NCBI GenBank assembly: GCA_041391665.1
Contig: JAWKNO010000003.1
Location: 407,987 to 471,986 of the forward strand
Origin: Bacteroidia bacterium
GTDB lineage: Bacteria > Bacteroidota > Bacteroidia > J057
Direction: 5' to 3'
DNA: 64,000 nt
Position 1 is the first letter of the stretch. Every line of letters begins with the position of its first letter. The notes under the pieces are model-generated. The model was not told the origin of the DNA. It did no database searches and saw nothing but the letters and a program-made list of their open reading frames with translations. A program made the translations under genes and the position numbers. This document shows, piece after piece, positions 40,092 through 46,653 of the stretch.

Positions 40092-40523
40092 ATGACTTAC
40101 AACTTTGCCACTACCTGGCCAGGGTCGGGTAATTATTTCCCCAATTTGGGACGGTATCTGATTTGTGCATGTATATGCCTTATGTTGTTTCCGGGTTCGG
40201 CCCGGGCGGATGGGGTAATCATTATTATTGAAGATTTGATTGGATATGCAAATAGTAGCGGACTAACAATTTGCGAAGGTAGTTCGTTTCCTGATGCGGG
40301 TTTTTCGCTTTCTCCCAACCCGGGGACGACTCAGGTAAGAGTGGCAGTGCCTTCTGTTGATAGTCTGGTATCGGTTAGCATTCTTAATTTGTCTGGAGAG
40401 ACATTATATGAGATCACCAGCTTCCAATCATCTACTACTGTAAGCCTTGAACCTGGTACTTATATTTTTCGGGTGATTTTGGAAGATGGTTGTGCTACGA
40501 GACTCTGGGTAATGCAGGCCTGA
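40092..40523 (+). CDS. small secreted protein consisting of signal peptide plus T9SS-like C-terminal sorting domain
   Basis: Signal ...CICLMLFPGSARA. CTD-like FSLSPNPGTTQVRV...ILNLSGETLYE...LEPGTYIFRV. Confidence 0.45.
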   Translation: MTYNFATTWPGSGNYFPNLGRYLICACICLMLFPGSARADGVIIIIEDLIGYANSSGLTICEGSSFPDAGFSLSPNPGTTQVRVAVPSVDSLVSVSILNLSGETLYEITSFQSSTTVSLEPGTYIFRVILEDGCATRLWVMQA

Positions 40524-40556
40524 TGTATGTTTAAGTGAAGACTTTGTGCCGCCCGG

Positions 40557-42035
40557 CTATGAATGTTGCAGGGCGGCTATTTTATTTTGTATTTCACCAA
40601 TCAGCCAGGAGTGGGCGTAAAAGGGTTTCTGCGTATTTGCCTTAATCAGCAACGCTTCAAGTTTTTTGACTCTGACCCCTAAGTTCACATCGCTCTCTGC
40701 TTCTGCCAGTTTTCGGAGAAGGTTATAAAATACCAGGTAGGCATGTCTGCGGCCCTCGCTGATATCTTTTTTTCGCTTCAGAGATCGAATATTTGCGTCA
40801 ACCTTGCTTTGGAAAAATTCAAACTCTTTATAGTTATGAACATCCGTAGTCAGGTATCTCGCTCTTATTTCAAGTGCTTTAGCAGCTACATCTATATTGG
40901 GGGAACGAAATTTTTTGTTGTGAAGAACTTTTTGGGCTTCCAGTGCGTTTCCCTGGGCTAAAAGGAGATCCGCCTGGCTGTAGTGAATCACATCTTCCGG
41001 TTGCTCCTTTTCCGGATCGAGAAACTTCGAAAAGTTTTCTATATGTTTTTCTGCTTCGTCATAAAGCCCCAATATGATACAGGTTTTCTGTAAATTTCTG
41101 TAATGGGAAGCGGGAAGCTTCTGGTCTATAAATAGCAGTTTCGTTTCTAATCCCCAAAGGTACAGTTGGTAGAGCATATTTAATTTCCCGTGACTTTCTT
41201 CCTGATTGAGATAGCGGATATAATGATTGGTAATCAGATTATAAAGGTTGGTCATGGGGATATGATGAATATGATTATATCCCTGCTTCAGTAAGGAGAT
41301 CAGTGCCTGCTGCCCGGTGTCATTGAGTTTTTCCCCGATGAGGAGGTAGGTCTGGTAAAGCAGTTTCAATAACAGGCTGCTATGATTTTCTTTTGAGAGA
41401 ACAAATCCGAGAAAAGTATCTGCCAGATCATCGGTTAATAATTCTCCGGAAACACGTTCATAGTTGATTTTCATCAGTATAAGCTGAAGTTTTTCCTCGG
41501 CTATCCATTGATTAAAGGAGTCGATAATATCCTGTTCGCTTTGGTTATCAGGAATAGCACCTCTTTTGACGAGCAATTGTTTTTTTAATTGGTAGATTTC
41601 ATAGAGGTATCCTTGAATGCGAACATGCGTTCCGACATCCTTTTTCAGTGCTTTTTCTACCTTTTTAAACTCTTTCAAAAAAAGATCGTGCAGGTTCCGA
41701 TCCAGTAGGGCCTTCAGATAAGCTACGGATAAAGCATATTTTTCAGGCTTCAGTTGGGAAATAGCGAGAAATGTGCTGAGTTTTTCCAGCATCAGATTGC
41801 GGATTTCCCGCACTTTATTATCGTTGTAGGGCTGGTTGGGGAAAAGATAGTGGAAGTGTTCACGGACATTACCTCCTTTTTCCAGAATCAGCTCCAGGTA
41901 AACAATGAGTTTATGGGGATTTTGTTTTTGGGCCAGGGTTTCGGAGGAATTTTCCCTAAGCTCATAAAAAAGCCAGAGGCGGAAATCTTCCCTCTCTGAG
42001 TCCGAAAGCGAATGGTACAATGTAAGAACCTTCAA
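40557..42035 (-). CDS. hypothetical all-alpha (TPR-like) protein
   Basis: 492-aa ORF that appears helical throughout. No catalytic motif. Confidence 0.55.
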   Translation of the reverse strand: MKVLTLYHSLSDSEREDFRLWLFYELRENSSETLAQKQNPHKLIVYLELILEKGGNVREHFHYLFPNQPYNDNKVREIRNLMLEKLSTFLAISQLKPEKYALSVAYLKALLDRNLHDLFLKEFKKVEKALKKDVGTHVRIQGYLYEIYQLKKQLLVKRGAIPDNQSEQDIIDSFNQWIAEEKLQLILMKINYERVSGELLTDDLADTFLGFVLSKENHSSLLLKLLYQTYLLIGEKLNDTGQQALISLLKQGYNHIHHIPMTNLYNLITNHYIRYLNQEESHGKLNMLYQLYLWGLETKLLFIDQKLPASHYRNLQKTCIILGLYDEAEKHIENFSKFLDPEKEQPEDVIHYSQADLLLAQGNALEAQKVLHNKKFRSPNIDVAAKALEIRARYLTTDVHNYKEFEFFQSKVDANIRSLKRKKDISEGRRHAYLVFYNLLRKLAEAESDVNLGVRVKKLEALLIKANTQKPFYAHSWLIGEIQNKIAALQHS

Positions 42036-42377
42036 AACAATTGTGCTTTAATTTTTATCAGCAGACAATTTTGCAGGCAGATCAACAATTCAAATGTTTT
42101 ATGCACTCAAAATAGCGCTTTATGCCTCAATTTCCAAGATAATGGAGATTTTCGGGGGAGAAATTTTTCCAACAATTACAAAAATGTGGTGCTAAATGCA
42201 TGTTGATTTATTGCGATTTTGTCTTGAGAGAAAAAAGAAGATAGAGAGTAATCATATACCATGCTGTGGCCGGTTCTCGGACAGGGATGGAAGTGGACCG
42301 GCCTGGTGTGGTGAGTGGCGCACCCGAATTAATGCCACAAAACCGTCAATAAGACAAAATGCCAAAATTAAACACCT

Positions 42378-42479
42378 ATGAATATTAAAAGTCTTGTCGC
42401 CATAGTTGTGTTGGGTTTTTCCATACTAGGCTGGTCGGCCTGGTTAATATTTGCTCTGATAGCTCTTAGTGGATATTGA
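42378..42479 (+). CDS. possible 33-aa hydrophobic peptide (MNIKSLVAIVVLGFSILGWSAWLIFALIALSGY)
   Basis: Hand-translated ATG...TGA ORF below the ORF-track cut-off, with a single predicted TM helix. It could be a chance ORF. Confidence 0.2.
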   Translation: MNIKSLVAIVVLGFSILGWSAWLIFALIALSGY

Positions 42480-42572
42480 ATCTATTAAAAGGATAGTATT
42501 TATTTTTCTTCGCATTGAAAAAAGTATTAATGGGAAAACAGAGATTGGTTATTCTACCTATGCAAGCGTCAA

Positions 42573-42580
42573 TAAATTTG
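42573..42580 (+). promoter_or_regulatory. candidate -7 box TAAATTTG upstream of the four-gene operon
   Basis: Matches TAnnTTTG about 113 nt upstream of the ATG at 42693. Motif match only. Confidence 0.3.
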
Positions 42581-42692
42581 CAATAAAATCAAAATAGAAA
42601 AGTCCCAAGCATGAGCTACGCGCGCCATAAATTCGCCCACTGCTCGTCATGGTGTGCAGCTCGGGTGTTGGGCCACATAAAAAAAGAAAACA

Positions 42693-42881
42693 ATGGAAAA
42701 AGTCAAAAAACCGAAAAAGAAAGTGCCAAAAATTGTCAACGGCAATTACAATTGTATGTCTTGCACATGTAGTGACTTTAATGAAAGTTTGACAAGTAAT
42801 GTTTGTACATGTGGGCATTCATTTTATGACCATAGATTTTATCAAAATCAAAGTGAAGAAAAAAATAAAATTCAATTATAA
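42693..42881 (+). CDS. 62-aa lysine-rich protein with SWIM-like zinc finger (operon gene 1)
   Basis: C21-x2-C24-x-C26-x11-C38-x-C40-x-H42-x4-H47. The C-x-C-x13-C-x-H subset fits the SWIM signature, and CTCSDF...CTCGH resembles CxCPxF...CKH. Confidence 0.55.
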   Translation: MEKVKKPKKKVPKIVNGNYNCMSCTCSDFNESLTSNVCTCGHSFYDHRFYQNQSEEKNKIQL

Positions 42882-42886
42882 TTATT

Positions 42887-42991
42887 ATGAATGATGACTT
42901 AGATAGCATGAATGGTGATTTAGCTAACATGAATAGTGATTTAGTTAGCATGAATGGTGATTTTGTTGGCATGAATGACAACTTAGTTGAC
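42887..42991 (+). repeat. 21-bp tandem repeat x5
   Basis: Reads atgaatgatgacttagatagc / atgaatggtgatttagctaac / atgaatagtgatttagttagc / atgaatggtgattttgttggc / atgaatgacaacttagttgac. Confidence 0.9.
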
Positions 42992-43969
42992 ATGTTGATT
43001 ACTAGGCTTGTTTCAAATGAACAGGTTAGAAGAGGACAACTGATAAACCAGCAAGCCCAATGGGAATTTGAGCAATACATGGAGTATTGGAGGTTTCTTA
43101 CCCAAGATGAACTTAGACAAAGGGAATATGAAAGAAGAATCACAGAACACATCCTTAGAAATCAATTGCAAAAAGATTTACAAACCGAATTAGATATCAA
43201 AAGATTAAGATTTCAGAAATATGGGTCCTCATACTCATCTACAGAATGGCTCAAGGCACAAGGATACAGCAGAAGTAGCCGACATTTGTTTGTTGTCTTT
43301 AGTGTTCATTTTAATGATTCGACCATACCTAATCCAATGTATTTCTTGAAAGATAGGTTAAAAGAGCAGAACAAAGACTTTGAACAGAAAAAATCACTAT
43401 TAATTCTTGATACGGCTGAAGGGTTTGGTACGAGCTCTGAAGCTGCAATGTTTTATAATAGAGAATTTATTTTTAAACCCGCTATTATTGTTTACGGACT
43501 TCTCTCTGGAAACTACCTCAGATTTTATGCAACGTTTGGCGGTGTTCTTGAAAATCAGGTCAAAATAGAATACGTTAATGATGATGATATTCAAATAAGT
43601 ATAGAACCTGAAAATATTACCTTAGGAGAAATTCCGATAAGCATAATAGAGAAGATATCCTCAGCTTCAAACGAGTTGCAAAAGGGGAAAGAAAAAACCG
43701 ACAGTGTTGTTGACTACGTCATTAACTCTCAACTCCAGTTACTAATTGATTATGCATTAATTTGGATTACCAATAAAGAAAACAAAATTTGGGATAATGT
43801 AAGGAGCAAGAAAAAAAATCGAATAAAAGAAATATCAGATGAAGTGCCAGAACTTGGAGAAAAATTAAAAGAATTTGACGAATTAATAAATCGTCGAAGC
43901 ATTGAAATTGAAAAAATAAGTCGCTCTCGTACATACAAGGATGACAAAAACAGTAATCCTTTCTTATAA
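42887..43969 (+). CDS. hypothetical protein with N-terminal heptad repeats and coiled-coil segments (operon gene 2)
   Basis: Starts 5 nt after gene 1. Has an (MNxDLxx)5 N-terminus and charged helical stretches at both ends. Confidence 0.65.
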   Translation: MNDDLDSMNGDLANMNSDLVSMNGDFVGMNDNLVDMLITRLVSNEQVRRGQLINQQAQWEFEQYMEYWRFLTQDELRQREYERRITEHILRNQLQKDLQTELDIKRLRFQKYGSSYSSTEWLKAQGYSRSSRHLFVVFSVHFNDSTIPNPMYFLKDRLKEQNKDFEQKKSLLILDTAEGFGTSSEAAMFYNREFIFKPAIIVYGLLSGNYLRFYATFGGVLENQVKIEYVNDDDIQISIEPENITLGEIPISIIEKISSASNELQKGKEKTDSVVDYVINSQLQLLIDYALIWITNKENKIWDNVRSKKKNRIKEISDEVPELGEKLKEFDELINRRSIEIEKISRSRTYKDDKNSNPFL

Positions 43970-43989
43970 ACTCAAGAAAAACAAAATCA

Positions 43990-45030
43990 ATGAATTCATT
44001 TAAAATAACAATACTTGGTGCTCAAAACTCTGGAAAAACTTGTTACATGTATGCGATGTATAAAATAATGAGTGAAGGCAGAGACGGATTCACTTTTACA
44101 GCATGTCAGCCATATTCATTAGAACTGGATAAAGATGCTCATAATGAGCTACTTAAAGGATGGCAAATAATTTCTCAAAAAAAAGAATGGGTGCCAGGTA
44201 CAATTGGCTCGGGCAAGAACTATAATTTTTCATTTAATTATGCTGGGAAAAGTTTAATTAGTTTTGAGTACTTAGATTACAGAGGATCTGCCTTAAAAGA
44301 CGGAAAAGATTCAAAAGATTACCAAACTTTGTTATCAAATCTTTCTAATTCGCAAGTAATAATGTGGTGTGTTCCAGGTCAGTATTGGAAAGACCAGGAT
44401 GAGGACGAATACTCTAATATTGATTTGGAAATTTCAAATATCAATGCACTTCTTGCAGATTTAAAAAGTAAGAGAGACAAAGATAAGAAGCCTGTTCCTC
44501 CCGTAATTCTTCTTATTACAAAATATGACCAATGCAAGAATGTACCAAGTGATAATCTGCAAAGATTAATAAAGTCAAAACTGAACATCTTATTTACCAA
44601 AGAAGGGGATTGGCTTGTTACTATTATGAAATCTACTCTCGGTTTTGATTTGTCGGAATTTGATAATGATTTAGAAAAAGCCACAATTAAGCCAAAATGG
44701 ATTATGGAACCAATAGCCTTTGCCATTTACTTTGTATTTGAACAACTGAAAAAAGCGTTTTCTGAAGATATTAGTTATCATAGTAGGGAGGCAGATCGTT
44801 ACAAAGGCAGTTTTCTTGGCATAAAAGATTGGTGGTTTTCAGAAGAAATAGAACACCATGAATTAAGAGAGAAAAAAGCATCAGATGAAATTGATTTCAT
44901 CAAAAAATACGCACCCCTTGTAAAAGAAACTTTTTTCCCCAAAGATTCTGCGTATTTCTACTTCAAAGGCAAAAAATTAAAATTAGAACAATTGGAGTCT
45001 TTAATTTCTGGCAATAAAACAGATATGTGA
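43990..45030 (+). CDS. orphan P-loop GTPase-like NTPase (operon gene 3)
   Basis: G1 G10AQNSGKT17, G3 D96YRG99 and G4 T177KYD180 preceded by a hydrophobic strand VILLI. Candidate switch-I Thr in WVPGT71. Confidence 0.7.
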   Translation: MNSFKITILGAQNSGKTCYMYAMYKIMSEGRDGFTFTACQPYSLELDKDAHNELLKGWQIISQKKEWVPGTIGSGKNYNFSFNYAGKSLISFEYLDYRGSALKDGKDSKDYQTLLSNLSNSQVIMWCVPGQYWKDQDEDEYSNIDLEISNINALLADLKSKRDKDKKPVPPVILLITKYDQCKNVPSDNLQRLIKSKLNILFTKEGDWLVTIMKSTLGFDLSEFDNDLEKATIKPKWIMEPIAFAIYFVFEQLKKAFSEDISYHSREADRYKGSFLGIKDWWFSEEIEHHELREKKASDEIDFIKKYAPLVKETFFPKDSAYFYFKGKKLKLEQLESLISGNKTDM

Positions 45031-45058
45031 AAAATTTGTTAATCTAAAAAATATAACA

Positions 45059-46105
45059 ATGTCGCAGCCCAAAAAAATTAACGCAGCTCCATTCGTGTTG
45101 AGTAGAACAAACTCAATCGATTATAGAATTTTATCAATGCCAAATTCATTGAAGTCAACCGCCAATGATATCAGGCAATTAATTGAAATAAATTTTTTAA
45201 GCTCTCCAAACAGCCTTTACGATGAAGAGACTCAATTTCGTTGGACTATTTTTCAATTCAATAAAGTTTTATTTATTGGGTTAGTTGGACTTGCTCATAA
45301 TATCTCAGATGTTAACAACCGGTGTAACGAGGGGACAAGACCCTTCTATGTTTATTTGGGGTATGTTATCGAGAATGTGTCAAATGAAAGCGTAATCGAA
45401 TATTTTCCATTTTCTGTTGACACATTCAGGAATTTATACTTGTATATTAATTCGAAGTGGGACGAAGTAGTTGAATCAGAACCTTATTCGTCAGAAACCA
45501 TAATTTTAGAATCTAAACCAATTAGTACCATTGAACAAATAAAAATTAGGATTGAAGAAGACTGGACTCTCATATATCCCGACAGTAAAATGGAGGCTAT
45601 TTGGCAAAATATATTGAGTAATCCCCCTGAAAATAATTTTATTGTATGTTTGGGAATGGCTACGGAAGAGGATGCGCTTCAATCTACTATGGCTACGAAA
45701 GAGGATGTGCTTCAATCTACTATAAATATTGCTACTATTCCCGCGAAAAACTATCATTACGAAGAAATACCATATGCCTTTAAAAAAATAAAAAAAGAAG
45801 AACTGCCAGAAGAAGCTAAACCTATTATTGAGGAGAAATTAGATAAATTTCCAGAAAAAAGAGTGTTTGAAAAAGCAAAAGAAAAGACTGTAGCTTTTTT
45901 AGGTTTCGGAACTGTAATAACTCTCGCTGGTGCTATATTGAAATCAGTTTACATAGTTGTCATCGGAGGCTCAATTATAGTAATAGGAGGTTCTTTAACT
46001 GCAATAGATAACTTCCTAAAAAAAGATAAAGAAGAAGAAAAACACCGCCCCAAAAAGCGCCCAAATCATAAAGATAAGCCTCCTCCTCCTGATTTAGGTG
46101 AATAG
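45059..46105 (+). CDS. membrane-anchored protein with C-terminal Gly-rich TM hairpin and basic Pro-rich tail (operon gene 4)
   Basis: VAFLGFGTVITLAGAIL-KS-VYIVVIGGSIIVIGGSLTAI followed by KKDKEEEKHRPKKRPNHKDKPPPP. The ~270-aa N-terminal soluble region has no recognised fold. Confidence 0.65.
   Translation: MSQPKKINAAPFVLSRTNSIDYRILSMPNSLKSTANDIRQLIEINFLSSPNSLYDEETQFRWTIFQFNKVLFIGLVGLAHNISDVNNRCNEGTRPFYVYLGYVIENVSNESVIEYFPFSVDTFRNLYLYINSKWDEVVESEPYSSETIILESKPISTIEQIKIRIEEDWTLIYPDSKMEAIWQNILSNPPENNFIVCLGMATEEDALQSTMATKEDVLQSTINIATIPAKNYHYEEIPYAFKKIKKEELPEEAKPIIEEKLDKFPEKRVFEKAKEKTVAFLGFGTVITLAGAILKSVYIVVIGGSIIVIGGSLTAIDNFLKKDKEEEKHRPKKRPNHKDKPPPPDLGE
45656..45721 (+). repeat. 33-bp tandem duplication (MATEEDALQST / MATKEDVLQST)
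   Basis: Two adjacent 33-nt copies with three mismatches, read directly. Confidence 0.9.
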
Positions 46106-46115
46106 CAAATAGGAC

Positions 46116-46314
46116 GCAATTCAAATTGTCGCGGTGAACGGAAAGGTTCCTCCTCCTTAGGTCGTCGAGTCTGAAAGGACTCCTTCGGAGATGACGGTTT
46201 GTCATGAGAAAAACCGCTTCTCCGGCCGGAGAAGAGCGTTTCTGGTAGGATGCCACCTCACCCTGACGACCAACGGAAGGAAGGGTCTATTGCTTTTGCG
46301 ACAATTTGGTTTGC
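46116..46314. other. GC-rich structured element bounded by 17-nt imperfect inverted repeats (candidate ncRNA or MITE)
   Basis: gcaattcaaattgtcgc (46116-46132) against gcgacaatttggtttgc (46298-46314), with an 11-bp perfect core. Internal hairpins are gtcgtc/gatgac (46161-46195) and the perfect palindrome cttctccggccggagaag (46217-46234). Confidence 0.4.
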
Positions 46315-46389
46315 TCCCAATTATACCTTAACATGAAATTCTCCAAAGAGTTCAGGTCATTTCGGAGAACAGGAAAATGCCTTTCATGT

Positions 46390-46569
46390 AAAAAATTCCA
46401 TCTGATCCTTTCTTCCACTTTTCTACTGAGCGGGAAGTGGTTTGCGGAAAAGCGAAAAAAGGTAATCTCCTATTTCTATTACAAGCACTATGTGGAATTC
46501 CGACAGACAGTGCTGGATTTTTTCCGCATTCCTCTTTCCAGCAAGTATAACTGCTCCGCAATCTGCTAA
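46390..46569 (+). pseudogene. decayed C-terminal fragment of an IS630/Tc1-like transposase
   Basis: Translated ...LLSGKWFAEKRKKVISYFYYKHYVEFRQTVLDFF resembles the ...LIERLWKFxKKKVxxxxYYxxxxEFxxxxxxFF tail of IS630-family transposases as I remember it. No DDE core is present. Confidence 0.35.
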
Positions 46570-46653
46570 TACTCATACCTGTAACCGTTATAAGCAACAA
46601 ATAAAACCATGCCTCTTGTTGAGGAGAGTATAAATGAAATCAAATTTATCCTA

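Noticed and set aside
42558-43152. Minus-strand ORFs of 86 and 124 aa overlapping operon genes 1-2
   Set aside because: They are antisense to better-supported plus-strand genes. The 124-aa ORF is a translation of the 21-bp repeat (SFMLTKSLFMLAKSPFML).
46268-46290. GGAAGGAAG-containing stem (gaccaacggaaggaagggtc) reminiscent of the SRP RNA domain IV apex
   Set aside because: The surrounding conserved SRP features, the symmetric and asymmetric loops with AGCA / GGUCA-type residues and the long closing helix, are not present. It is treated as part of the unassigned structured element.
46306-46600. 87-aa (+) and 82-aa (-) ORFs as intact genes
   Set aside because: They overlap each other, have no start context and look non-protein-like. 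The plus frame is better explained as a transposase relic.
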